Shown here one piece after another: positions 41,437-52,880 of a stretch of 64,000 nt of DNA. Source of the DNA: Epithemia pelagica (taxonomy: Eukaryota; Protista; Bacillariophyta); contig OX337229.1 in NCBI GenBank assembly GCA_946965045.2, positions 2,914,001 through 2,978,000 on the forward strand, in the 5' to 3' direction. The position numbers and the translations under genes are program-made. The notes beneath the pieces are model-generated. The model did not search any database. It saw nothing but the letters and a program-made list of their open reading frames with translations, and was not told where the DNA came from. Numbering within the stretch: the stretch's first letter is position 1; each line of letters starts with the position of its first letter.

Positions 41437-43092
41437 ATGAAAAGCAGCATCGCTACCAACATGCCAGCGTCTCTGAATGTGTACAAGAAGATCGCAGTGA
41501 TTCGAAAGCTAAGTGATAGCTTGACATATGAAGATACGGAGGGACAACTCAAATCTGTATCAGCCGAGCAACTGGGGGATGCCATTGCGACGGCTACGCC
41601 TCTCACTACTACGAAACTAAAACATGACATTCCGGTTCCCTTGATCCGGACGGTTGGTTCGTATGAGTGTGACGTTTCTGCGGAGTATCAAGCCCCACTT
41701 TCGTATGTCCGAAGCCATCGACCTACCCCAGAAGAACTGAAAGAAAAATTAGAATATGTACTCGATGCAGAGGACGAAACGTGGCTAAACAACAATCCGA
41801 AATTCGGTGGCAAGAACGACAAGAAAGACGCCAATGGCCACCCGCTACCACGCCTGAGCAGGGATATGCTTGAGAAGATGATTGATATTCTAGAAAAAGA
41901 GACTGGTTTTGATTCAATAATAACCACTAACAAGGCAGAGGAAGTCTTTCGGGTGCAACTACCAGAATTTTATCGACTATTTCCTTCTAAACCACGGAAT
42001 GGTGTTGTCGCCACCAAACACGTATTGAATGATGTCTATTCGTACTGGATGCAGAAGCGGTCACGATTAAAGCGGCCATTGTTTCGGAGGTTCTGGCCTG
42101 TCACCTCCTTAGACGACACCAATCCACATCTGGTCTTTCGTCCCCGGGAAAAAGAAAAATACAAGCTTCGAAAGAAGCGACAAAATGACATGGATGCATA
42201 TCGGAAATTGAAGCAATTGCGGCAAGACTTTGACACTATCCGGTCTGTTATTTCACTCATTCGGAGACGGGAAGAGCTGAGTCACCAGCATTTGAGAATA
42301 CAGATTGAACTGTATCGACAGAAAACGCACAATCTGCTCGACACATCGGGGCAACACAGAGAATCTTCACTGTTGGATCGGACGTCAATGGACTCATTAC
42401 TGTCGATTCCCACGTTCTTCGACATTCATAGTGGAGGAAGGAACAAGAGTAGAAACGTTCGAAGCGCGAATTTTAACTTTGGGAGTAGAGGGGCAATCGA
42501 TATCTCTACGGGATTGTCTACGAGCGGAGCTGGTGGTGGTCCTGAGTTACCAGATAACGTCATGGTAGCAGGTCATAACCATGGACAACCTGCACCCAGT
42601 TTCATGGACCCATTGTCGACACGAGATTTGTATGTGACATCTTGGGAAGGGGCAGTCCCTCATGTCTCAGCTTACGTAAATTCACATCCAGAGCCGACAC
42701 ATACATTTCGATATCGTCCTCGGGTCGGCCGTGGAGGTCGAATATGCATTGACCGGTTACCACGACCACCTCATCCCAACGTTAAGCCTGTGACTGTTTT
42801 CACGGCTGGGAAAGCTTTGCCATTGAAAGTAGCTCAACCAGGTGAACCAGATACATCACGCCTGTTGGACGTACTTCCTCGTCCATTGGATACCGAACAC
42901 CTAAGTCGCCGACTAGAAGATATTTGCGTTGCATCTATTTATGAAGATCACCAAAACGCGCTATCAGCTGCTCAGCACCCATTGGGAGATGACGAAAATG
43001 ATGGAGAGGAAGTGATTGTTCGTTTGGACAATTGGTTAGACTCTGATGACCATTTGTGGGGGGAAGAAAGACATTCACTGGGCCCTTTATGA
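41437..43092 (+). CDS. EPC1: Enhancer of polycomb-like protein (NuA4/TIP60 subunit)
   Basis: IPVPLIRTV, EYVLDAEDETWL, VYSYWMQKRSRLKRPLFRRF, FRPREK, KLKQLRQDF, FRYRPRVGRGGRICIDR. Confidence 0.9.
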   Translation: MKSSIATNMPASLNVYKKIAVIRKLSDSLTYEDTEGQLKSVSAEQLGDAIATATPLTTTKLKHDIPVPLIRTVGSYECDVSAEYQAPLSYVRSHRPTPEELKEKLEYVLDAEDETWLNNNPKFGGKNDKKDANGHPLPRLSRDMLEKMIDILEKETGFDSIITTNKAEEVFRVQLPEFYRLFPSKPRNGVVATKHVLNDVYSYWMQKRSRLKRPLFRRFWPVTSLDDTNPHLVFRPREKEKYKLRKKRQNDMDAYRKLKQLRQDFDTIRSVISLIRRREELSHQHLRIQIELYRQKTHNLLDTSGQHRESSLLDRTSMDSLLSIPTFFDIHSGGRNKSRNVRSANFNFGSRGAIDISTGLSTSGAGGGPELPDNVMVAGHNHGQPAPSFMDPLSTRDLYVTSWEGAVPHVSAYVNSHPEPTHTFRYRPRVGRGGRICIDRLPRPPHPNVKPVTVFTAGKALPLKVAQPGEPDTSRLLDVLPRPLDTEHLSRRLEDICVASIYEDHQNALSAAQHPLGDDENDGEEVIVRLDNWLDSDDHLWGEERHSLGPL

Positions 43093-43429
43093 ACCTGTTC
43101 TTCACCTCTGGTGTGTCCGCTCGTGTCTATCGCCGGTTGTTTGCAGAACAACCATAAAAAACCGCGATGGATTCGACTTCCGTAGTAACGATTTAGTCCA
43201 TGCTCCAATTTTGATTGCAGCCATCAAGTTTTCAGAAAGGACTCAGTAGTAATTAGCACCTATGCAAGATTAGTAGATCCGTATTAAGGTCTACTAAGAA
43301 GGTAAGAAGGTGGCCTCTAAACAACACAATACAAAGGGATTCTCTTTCCAAGGCAAGACTTCAGGGCCGGCAAATGAAAAATAGACACGCCCAGTAGAAA
43401 GATGGGAGATTTTCGACTGCTTGTTTTTC

Positions 43430-44197
43430 TTATGTGAAAGCACAGCACAGCACTCCAGATGCATCTTTTTGCGCAGTGTCGTCGGTATCGTCGATCGCTC
43501 GCGATGCTGCTTCCTCTTGCGGCTCTTCTGGGGTTGGTTGTGCTTCTTCTACTTCCTTGTCTTCTTCAGCTGATGTTGGTTCAGGGTCAGCTGGTGCTTC
43601 TGGTTCCTCTTCTTTCACGGGTTCTGGCTCAGGTTCAGGTTTTGGTTCCTCTTTCACTTCTGGCTTTTCCTCTTCCTCTTCTTCCTCGGGCTCTTCTTCG
43701 TCTTTCACCGGAGTCGGCTCAGCTGAAGGCACTGCAGATTCTTCTGCGTCGTCTGTGGTATCAGCAGCTGCTTCGTCACTCTTCACAGTTTCCTCTTCAG
43801 ATGGCTTTTCCTCTTTTTCATTTTCTACAACAGGTGATTCATTAGCATCAGTCGTCTCAGCGGCAGGGGTGGCTGCAGCAGCCACATCACGGGCCGACTT
43901 TCTCTTCTTAAATTCTTCCTTCTTTGCCTCTCTCTTCTGCTTAGCTTCTTGTCTCATCTTAGCAGAGTATTCACGCTTTGCCTTGTTTCTTGCAGCGAGT
44001 GATGAAAAGTATCCACGAATACCCTTCTTCTTAGAAGGGGTGGTGGGCTCTTCCTCCTTCTTCTCATCTGCAAATTCCGTTGGTGCCATCTCCTTCTCTG
44101 GAGATGATTCCTCTGTTCCAGCTGTGTCAGTCTCCGGTTTCTCTGAGGAAGCGGTCTCAGTGGGTTGGTTTGCGGTTTCTTCCATTGTATCAGCCAT
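43430..44197 (-). CDS. Glu/Pro/Ala-rich disordered protein with a basic helix and C-terminal CCAFT
   Basis: 255-aa ATG-initiated ORF with protein-like low complexity; ends GVLCCAFT*. Confidence 0.8.
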   Translation of the reverse strand: MADTMEETANQPTETASSEKPETDTAGTEESSPEKEMAPTEFADEKKEEEPTTPSKKKGIRGYFSSLAARNKAKREYSAKMRQEAKQKREAKKEEFKKRKSARDVAAAATPAAETTDANESPVVENEKEEKPSEEETVKSDEAAADTTDDAEESAVPSAEPTPVKDEEEPEEEEEEEKPEVKEEPKPEPEPEPVKEEEPEAPADPEPTSAEEDKEVEEAQPTPEEPQEEAASRAIDDTDDTAQKDASGVLCCAFT

Positions 44198-45231
44198 CTT
44201 CCACGGTCAGTGCGCCTTGATCGTTTCAAACGGAGTGGGATTAGAGAAAAATGCCAAAATGTAGCAGAAGAGAAGAATGGCGAAACGAGAGACTGAACAA
44301 AGCCCCTGCTCGCTTCTTTTTGTCCGGTCGTCCTGCATGGCCACGCCATGGCAGGCATGCGTTCTTGGGAGTCGATAGCAATTGTAAATCCTCGATCCGT
44401 TGAGCCCTAGTAAATTTATCAAATAAAGTTACTTAAGGGTCTTAGCTAATTGACTCTTGCGCGCGCACTCCTCATTGGATGGAGAATGTTCGGAGAGACT
44501 AAGTTGCTGCCAATGTTTTGCTGATGATGCGTGTTTCTCATTCCGATCCGGCCAACCCAACAATTTTCTGTATGTGGAAGGGTCCCATGTACTGAAAAAA
44601 TGGCGATACTTATCGCCAGCCGCGCTCGTGAGTCGCTCCAGCTGCGCGTCGGAAGCATCCTTCGCGCCAAATCATAGTGGAGAGATTTAACAGTGTAATT
44701 ACGACAGGACTGATGGGACAGGAGTGACCGGTGCGCCAATCACATGCTATTGGCTATTTTGGCGTGTCTTTCCAGTGTGGATGACTCGCAAAAACCTCGC
44801 AAAAACCATTGACAGACAGTTTGACAATTGGAAAATTATGCCCGCTTTTTCCCATATATATTGTACCATCTACCACATCTACCATCACAATCACAGATCA
44901 CATCAGCTGCAGAATGCTGAACATCTCACCATTTTGCATTTTGTTGGTAAGTTGCAAGCCATTTAGCTTTGCTGGCCTTCTCTTGGGCCTATGAAAATAA
45001 AATATTATATTGCTGCAGCCGAGTCGTCACCGTCTTGCGCAGCTCAACCATATCATTCTGCACTTAACTTCTTTACGAACCAATAGTGAAGGTCGATCGA
45101 TGAGCTATCCTTGCAGGATTTGCCTCTTTAGGGTTTATGGATAGATTTTCACATGGCAGAGGTTGAGTGCCGAGAAGAGTGATGCCAACTACTCGAATGT
45201 ATTAGGTTCTAAAGTAATACGGGTGACAGTC

Positions 45232-46579
45232 TTAGGCGGCAGCGGGCACTTCCATCTCCACTACTGCTTTGGCAACGGCTTCTCCCATTTCCTTGCACCC
45301 AACAAGTTGACATCCATCTCCTTCTTGTTTGATATCTGCCGTTCTCAGACCTTGATCCAAAACAGCTTCAACCGCTGCTTCCAAGATCTGTGCCTCTTGG
45401 GGACGATCTAAATCATACTGCAACATCATCGCCGCTGAGAGAATCATGGCCAATGGGTTGGCCTTGTCTTCACCAGCAATGTCTGGTGCTGATCCATGAC
45501 AAGGCTCAAATACACCAGGACCCGACTCTCCAATTGAGGCCGAGGGTAGCATACCCAAGCTGCCAACCAACATGGAGGCCTCATCGGACAGAATGTCACC
45601 AAATATATTCCCACATACAATAGTATCGAATTGTTTTGGCCACCGAATCAATTGCATCGCAGCGTTATCGACATACATGTGACTCAATTCCACATCCGGA
45701 AAGTCCGTGGTCATGACCTTGGTCACGACATCTCGCCAGAGCTGCGATACATCCAGTACATTAGCTTTGTCCACACTGCATAACTTGCTATTGCGCTTAC
45801 TTGCCACATCACCAGCTACACGAGCAATCCGGTCAATCTCTGATTCGGAATAAATCATATTGTTGTAACCAACGCGTTCGCCTAGGGAAAAAGTACAGCA
45901 CGTGTAAGTTGGACGGAAACGACAGACACACATAGAGACATTGTCAAGTCGCCTTACCATCCACAACATCAATTCCCTTCGGTGTACCAAAATATACATC
46001 ACCAGTCAACTCTCGAACCACCATGACATCAACGCCTTCGACAACCTCAGGTTTCAACGTCGACGCTTCAATCAGTTGTGGAAGCACCTTGGCGGGACGC
46101 AAGTTGGCAAATAATCCCATTTCCTTGCGCATCCGAAGCAACCCAGTTTCAGGCCTCAATTCACGTGGATTGGTATCCCATTTATATCCTCCGATGCAGG
46201 CAAGCAATACCGAATCGCTGGCCAAGCATTGCGCCAGTGACTCGGGTGGGAACGGGTCGTTCACAGCATCAATGGCCGCCCCGCCAATCAAGGCTTCTTT
46301 GGTATTCAATTCAAATCCACATCGCTGGCATAGAGATTCCAATGCGACTTTCGTTGCTGTCGTAATTTCGGGGCCAATCCCATCACCAGGAAGCAGTGTA
46401 ATATCATAGGAATCTTTCTTGGCCACTGCCGCATGTGGTTGACCGGCGGATGCGGCGGGTGAGGAGAACCGTTGCGCAGACGGGGCACACCCAAACGGAG
46501 CAGCGCCTCCCTTTGTCACGAACGCGAACGTCCTGGAGAATAGAAGCGATAAAGCGGCAAATGACAAAACCACCTTCAT
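45232..46579 (-). CDS. leuB: 3-isopropylmalate dehydrogenase, plastid-targeted; intron 45957-45882
   Basis: [68 protein letters not shown]. Presequence [19 protein letters not shown]|FVT. Confidence 0.97.
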
Positions 46580-46812
46580 GGTCACACACACGGCGATCTT
46601 CTTCAAACGCAGAACCACTACGACGACGACGACGAAAGTGCCAACGCGGGAGCGAAAAATGAGACGTACTTCCATAGAAATCTTCCACGTGGAAGTGTAG
46701 TGGGTGGGGCGTGTCGTCTCACTATTGCCCCTCCTCTGTATCTTTGAATGTCATGATATTGCATGCCAACAACGACAACTACAACGACAACGAGATCGAA
46801 AAAGAGATCACC

Positions 46813-48585
46813 ATGCAGCGTTCAGGTCGTCATGCATGGATCGTCACGATTTGCTTAGTTGTGGGACTTTTCCTAAGCAACACATCGTGCGAGGCATGGA
46901 TTACTCCTCCGCAACAGAAAGCTTTGGGGCGCATCCCGAGGACGAGCATCGTCTCCTCAACTCGTCCGACACTTGACACATCACTTTCATCCCATGAAGA
47001 TTCATTGCAGAAACAACATTCCTGGCTAGGGGAGAAGAAGTCCCTGGATGATTTCCTATCTCACCAATTTCGTCGTGGATGCAGTTACGGTTTCGCGATT
47101 TGCGTCATGGCGTCGACTCTGTTTTTGGCATCTCCACCACAACCGTGTTACGCCGATACTGCAATGGAGAGTCACTCAACGCAACAGCATGCACTTGCAT
47201 CTTCGTGGAACTCCAATAAGATTTTTGAAAGGATGAATCGTCGATCGATCACCAACCAACCGTCGCTGGAAAGGCAAGCAACCATATCGACGTCTGTCTC
47301 CACAAAGTTGACCTCGTTTGGAAATGGTTCACCACATCTTTTACTTTCCAGTACTGTTCAAGCACCAGGTGCAGTGATAGATGAGGTATGGACACTGGTT
47401 GATAAGTACTACATTGACCGCAGCTTCAACGGACAAGATTGGACCAGCATGAAGGAAAAATACCAAGGTCAACTCAAAAGCAAGCTTGGTGGACGCACGG
47501 AGCCGCAAGATGACCAAGACGAAATGAATCTTGTCACGAACATGGTTAAAACGTTGGGTGACAAGTATAGTCGAATGCTCACAGTGGAGCAATACACAGC
47601 CATTCAGAAATATGATCTTATTGGGGTCGGTGTTACTCTCATGCCAGATCCCAACGGGGCAGCCGAAAAAGGAAAAACTCCCGAGATTATTGTCGGAGCG
47701 CCACCGATTGGTGGTTCCGCAGCCGATCGTGCTGGACTACAGGTCGGTGACACGGTGACCAAAATCAATGGTGTCTCAACCCAGGGCAGAACCGCCTTTG
47801 ACATTATCGATCAAATCTCGGAAAATCCCAATGCCAAAACCGTCACCATGACCATCCGATCCGGTGATTCTCCAGAGCGTGACGTCGTCATGGAACGACA
47901 ATTTCAAGAAGTCAAGAATCCAATCCGCTACGCAATCAGCGAACGGAGAAAAGATGGTACTACTGTAGGGTTCATCCGTATCTCCGAATTCAATTCTCTC
48001 ATCAAAGCCAATCTAGAAGACGCCTTGAAAAACCTGAAAGCACAGGGTGCCAACGCGTTTGTCATTGATTTGCGGCGCAATGGGGGAGGTGCCTTCCAGT
48101 CGGCCGTGGAAGTTTCGGGGTTGTTTTATGAAGATCGTGTCGCGACCTATGTTGTGGATGGGACAACAGCTACCCTTCCCTTCAAGACAGCCAAAGGACA
48201 AGTGTTGATTGATCCCAGTGATCCGGTTGTCTTGTGGATTGATGGTGGTTCAGCTTCGGCCGCCGAAGTGTTGGCTGCGTCGCTGCATGACAACTGCAAG
48301 GCAGTCACAATAGGAGACAAGTCGTTTGGAAAGGGTCTGATTCAAGCCGTTTATGGTCTCAAGAATGGAGCTGGTTTGGTCCTTACCGTTGCCAAATATG
48401 TCACACCCACACAAAGTGAAATTCAAGGATTGGGTATTCAACCAGATATTGCTGGTCAAGATATTGTCCCCCCGCCGTTGCTGAGTCTGCTCACTGGAAC
48501 GGCAGATACCTCTCGCATTGATTTTGCCGATGTTCGAAATCGATTGTCGCCTGAAATGTGCCCATCAATACTTTCCAAACAGTAG
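46813..48585 (+). CDS. ctpA: Carboxyl-terminal processing peptidase (S41A, D1-processing CtpA family)
   Basis: PDZ domain, DLRRNGGG, catalytic SASAAEV and FGKGLIQ, KYVTP. Signal peptide ending CEA|W plus an RR-hydrophobic-CYA lumen-type segment. Confidence 0.93.
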   Translation: MQRSGRHAWIVTICLVVGLFLSNTSCEAWITPPQQKALGRIPRTSIVSSTRPTLDTSLSSHEDSLQKQHSWLGEKKSLDDFLSHQFRRGCSYGFAICVMASTLFLASPPQPCYADTAMESHSTQQHALASSWNSNKIFERMNRRSITNQPSLERQATISTSVSTKLTSFGNGSPHLLLSSTVQAPGAVIDEVWTLVDKYYIDRSFNGQDWTSMKEKYQGQLKSKLGGRTEPQDDQDEMNLVTNMVKTLGDKYSRMLTVEQYTAIQKYDLIGVGVTLMPDPNGAAEKGKTPEIIVGAPPIGGSAADRAGLQVGDTVTKINGVSTQGRTAFDIIDQISENPNAKTVTMTIRSGDSPERDVVMERQFQEVKNPIRYAISERRKDGTTVGFIRISEFNSLIKANLEDALKNLKAQGANAFVIDLRRNGGGAFQSAVEVSGLFYEDRVATYVVDGTTATLPFKTAKGQVLIDPSDPVVLWIDGGSASAAEVLAASLHDNCKAVTIGDKSFGKGLIQAVYGLKNGAGLVLTVAKYVTPTQSEIQGLGIQPDIAGQDIVPPPLLSLLTGTADTSRIDFADVRNRLSPEMCPSILSKQ

Positions 48586-48692
48586 AGACACTTTGGGATT
48601 CAAACAAAACCTCATTCTTTTGGTTCGTTCGTTTATTTCTATATTCGATGATGTTCGTATCATTTTGATGTCGTGACGATATGATTGAAAAG

Positions 48693-49607
48693 TCATCCTT
48701 TAGGTTTGCGGTTGGACTGCTGCTGCGATGGAGGTGATTGTTGAGTAGATCCTGCTGCTTGGGAGATGACCTGTCGATGAAAAAAGGCCCCATCGCCCCG
48801 CGTAGCTTGTCGATTGATTGCTTGATGCTGAGTCCTTGATACAATGCGCTCTACGATTTCTCCTGTTCCCCGTACCAAACGCATTCGACCGGTTTGAGGA
48901 TCAAACTCCTCTCGCAATTGCGACTGTAATGCCTCGTAGTGCTCGCGCGTCATGGGAGCAAAGTTTCTTCCTCCTTGTGGCGGTGGTTCCTTTTGTTCAT
49001 TTCCGATGGTTGCAGTGAGTGGACCAGGCAACGCAGAAGAAGCTTGACCTTTACCACCGTATGGCAGGTCTGCTCCTTGTGATATTGCCTTCTCAGAGGA
49101 CTGGTCGTTGCATGATGATGGCACGGTGGGATTCATGCCCTCCTCTCGCGTTCTTGGATCGGATTTCGTGCGACGGCTCCTTTTCTTGGGTGACTTTCTT
49201 TCCTTTTTACTTTTCTTTGTTTTCGAATGTCGCTTTCTAGCTTTGGTTGATTTCCGAGCTTCTCGAGAAGAATCGGTAGGTATGGAGTCGTTGTCATCAG
49301 ATTCACTTGGTTCTTTGTCGCGACGGCGATACTGACGCTCCTTGGAACGTTTGGAGGAGTTTTTGTTTGATCGTTTTTCTTTCCGCTTTTCTCGTCTCCT
49401 GACATTCGAGGTGCTCGAAGAGGAGCGAGAGAATGAGGAGTACGACGACTGCGAGTCGTCGTCATCGTCCGAATCGACGAATCGATGTCTAGATCGTTTT
49501 CTCGGTCTCTTTTCGTGCCGTTTTCTCTTCCTCTTTGACGATGAAAGCCTCGGGTTAGGCGATTCGTCTACACGCTCTCGATTCCTGTTGCTGCATTCGC
49601 TATCCAT
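48693..49607 (-). CDS. ARL6IP4: ARL6IP4/SRrp37 (SR-25)-like Ser/Arg/Lys-rich protein
   Basis: RS/K-rich N-terminus and C-terminal APMTREHYEALQSQLREEFDPQTGRMRLVRGTGEIVERIVSRTQHQAINRQATRGDG. Start taken at MDSEC. Confidence 0.85.
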   Translation of the reverse strand: MDSECSNRNRERVDESPNPRLSSSKRKRKRHEKRPRKRSRHRFVDSDDDDDSQSSYSSFSRSSSSTSNVRRREKRKEKRSNKNSSKRSKERQYRRRDKEPSESDDNDSIPTDSSREARKSTKARKRHSKTKKSKKERKSPKKRSRRTKSDPRTREEGMNPTVPSSCNDQSSEKAISQGADLPYGGKGQASSALPGPLTATIGNEQKEPPPQGGRNFAPMTREHYEALQSQLREEFDPQTGRMRLVRGTGEIVERIVSRTQHQAINRQATRGDGAFFHRQVISQAAGSTQQSPPSQQQSNRKPKG

Positions 49608-50119
49608 TCTGTTTGCATGCGGCTTCTGGATCTCAAGTTCGTCCCAGATGAGAAAAAAAAGATCGGTCGCAGAAATTCGTCCAAAGCTTTCTCTCGAGGG
49701 CGGATGCGAAGCTCCCCCGGCGATTACCGTGCGGTACGTTTTTTTATTATGTACCGATTTGAAGACGAATAAACGCAGGATCATCTTGTCTTGTCGCCGG
49801 CCGAAACATGGCATTTCAATCCCGTCCAAAGATGCCCGCACGCATTGCCCGCAAGGACAATGATCACGGAACGAAACAAAAATTGGTGAAGCTTGAATGA
49901 AGAGCAGCTGGGCAAAGACAACGATATCATCATATCGGTCGTTGCATCTCCTTGAAGACTTCTTTAGAGAATCTCCTCAGCAAGACTTGGATAAAGATTG
50001 GCCTGTATCTTTCCCAATAGCAACACTCCAGCCTCATCATCAATCCTCCCGGAGACACGACTCTTGTGGTTCCAAGAACAGCAGAGTAAAAAGTACAACT
50101 CCTTTTGCTACCATCCATC

Positions 50120-51858
50120 ATGAGTTCGTCCTCTCTATCTTCCATGTCATTTCCTACCGAAACAGGTTTGGCTACTCTGTTGGCCGCGTCATTGTTGGCT
50201 ATCGGTTCCACGGTGTTGACCATGTACATCATTCTTGTTCAAATTGAACTACAACGAACTCTCAGCTTTGCATCTGAAGAGGACGAAGTCCAACTGGAAG
50301 AGAGTACGAACGAAGACGAAGGGGTCTCCCCTAACGTTGTAAAGAATGGAGATGCTTCAAAACCCGCAAAACAATCTCCAAGCAGCTCCAATGAGGTTGA
50401 CACAGTTTCGCGTCGTTTGTATTTGCCCAGATATCGAAGGGCGTCCTTGGCGGCTTCTGTTGTTCTTATCACCTTTATGGCGTATTTGTTGCTCGCACGA
50501 AGTAATGCCAATGTTGTGCTCAATTGGTTGGGCATGATCACAGTGCTAGGACTTTCTCTACGATCATCGATTGCCGAGGAACTCCAACGCGATCGTTTCG
50601 AGCGACTGGCCTGTATTGCTTCCATGGTTTTGATTTTGGCCATGGCTATGAACCTTGCTGTGTACGCCAATCAGCAGCATGCACAGGGAGATATTTACGA
50701 AGGAGAGGCTAGGATTATCAGCTACGATTCCACGTCGTACTCGCAAGACGAGGGAAAGGACTCCACGTTGCGCATGGATTTGCGAGTGGCGTGGGGCGGC
50801 AGTTGGGGCTGTCCCAACCTGAAAGATCAATGGTGCGAAGCACCAGTTGCCGGAACTCTATGTGAAACTACGGCCAAATCAGTTCAAGGCGGAAATCAAC
50901 GACGCACCAACTTCTTGCCGCAGAGCCCAAGGTCACCTCGACGACAACAACAGCTATCTTATGGGCATTCTCACCATCGAGTTCTCACAGATGAAAAGAC
51001 TGAAGCGGAGCAAGAGTTTGAACAAGATTTGTCGAAGACCGAAGAATATGTGTTCGACGAGATTGAAGAGGCACAAGATGCCGCACAAGGGAATCAAAAC
51101 GAAGAGGACGATGCGGGGAAGAACCAAGATTTGAAGGATCAAAACCAAGACCTAAAAGAAAAGAACCAGGAACTGCAGGACACACATGACGAACTTGAAC
51201 AAGAGGTAAGAAAAGAGAGACGCCTGCATCCCTTTGTGGTACCTTTCGTCCAACAGCTCACGCCATCATGTATTGTCCGTCGTACATCTTCAGCTGGAAG
51301 ACCTCGAAAATACTGTTGTCGATGAAGAGGAGGAAGAGGAAGAACTAGACGAGGCAATAGAGGAAGCCTACTCTTTCGACGACGACGTCTGGTATGATGA
51401 CTACTGGTCTCAAACTACCTGGAATGACGTATGGGGAGACTATTCGTGCGAAGATCTATTTGATTATGATTTGTCTGGTCTCGGCTTTGACAATGACGAA
51501 CCGCCAGGTACAGATGACTGGCCGTTTGTCAATATTTACGGAAACTGTAAAACTTGCTCTGCCTATGTGATCGACTAGTAAGTTGGACCGAATGTGTTGT
51601 GAATTCTTGTTTCACTCTCTCTTACGTTGTTCCGTCGTTTCTCTCTTGTGTGCACCAAACAATAGCTACTCCACAGAACACTTTCAGTCTATTCTGGATT
51701 ACAAAAAAGCGGCGCTGAACTATGGTATTCTTGCTGGGCTCAGTCTTTGGGTTACGGCGTATTTAGTTTATCGAGAACTCAATCGTCCCAACCGTGGTGC
51801 GCCGTCGGCCGAAAAGGAGATTGAGCTTCTCCCTACAATCAACGGAGCATTGGCATAG
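50120..51858 (+). CDS. Unknown multipass membrane protein, paralogue B; exons 50120-51205, 51294-51577, 51666-51858
   Basis: Colinear with 39498-41121 (LVQIELQ.TLSFA, AVYAN.QHAQGDIYEG, WGG.WGCPN, WPFVNIYGNC, YSTEHFQSIL, KEIELLP), with the same two intron positions and phases. Confidence 0.87.
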
Positions 51859-52880
51859 AACAAGGTTCGGTATACATCGATCAGGTATAGGAGTTTGGGG
51901 CGGGAAAACAATGACTCGGTATAGATCACCACGGGTGGTTCTTTTTTTTATTCAAACCATTCGGAAATTCCCTCAGGGGTCCTTCCAAAGCATTTGAATA
52001 CTTTCCAGCTAGTAGGTTGCCGGCCGCACAGTCTGACTGGTAGACCGAAGACACAAATGTATTCTGGTAGTTGACAACCGTCAGTGATTTTTTGCAAGAC
52101 ACTCTTAATTGGTCAACATAGAATTGGTAACTGGAGATTAAAGGTACACATTCTGTTCACACGAGGTAGGAGTAGCTCATTAGCCACTTAATACCCTCTT
52201 CCGTAGCTCTGGAGTCTCTTCGTATATGTTTCGAGTTACAAGGTTCTCCGAGTTGGAGAGATAGAAGCAAGTAGGAGTATTGCTCTTGCCTAGTGGAGTA
52301 GCTAGAGGTAGCTACTTCTCCTGAGGAGTAGCTAGCTGCCACTCTGTCTGGTCGGGAATCGGGACCCGTGATTCAATACTTTTTGCGGCTTCTCAAGAAA
52401 TAATGAATACCGCCACGTCTCGGATTCCGTATGTGCTTAATTCATTGATGATACGAGCTCCACCAATCGATATGGGTAACCGTAGTGGCCCGTGCTTCAC
52501 GTTTCCGATTCTCGGTGAAACTTCCGGCCCTACGAGATTCACTACACCATACATTTTCCTAGAGTACGAGTACTCGTAAGATGAATTAGTCCGTGAACTG
52601 ATGACATCGTTCCTCGGCACAACGATGCACTCTCTTTTGCCCTCAACATTCACCTTTGCCCTCAACATTCACCATGGTGAGGAGGCGCTTGCCCATTCGG
52701 TATCAAACAGTACAAATCGCCTCATCTACTCTATTAGTTACATAGATCTATAGGAAATCTAACTTGTATGTGCTTCGTAGTGCATCGTTCACGATCCTCA
52801 TCCATCCGATGCGTTCATCCATCCGACGCTCGTCAACCCATTTTGCCTTTGTTGTTTGTTGATTGTTGTTCCATCCAATC

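Noticed and set aside
43434-44264. 276-aa Ser-rich plus-strand ORF
   Set aside because: Antisense shadow of the E/P-rich minus-strand gene; its composition is the codon mirror of that gene.
52633-52673. TTTGCCCTCAACATTCACC direct repeat, and other short repeats, as CRISPR-like arrays
   Set aside because: Only two adjacent copies without unique spacers, no cas genes, and a eukaryotic context; this is a local duplication inside the transposon.
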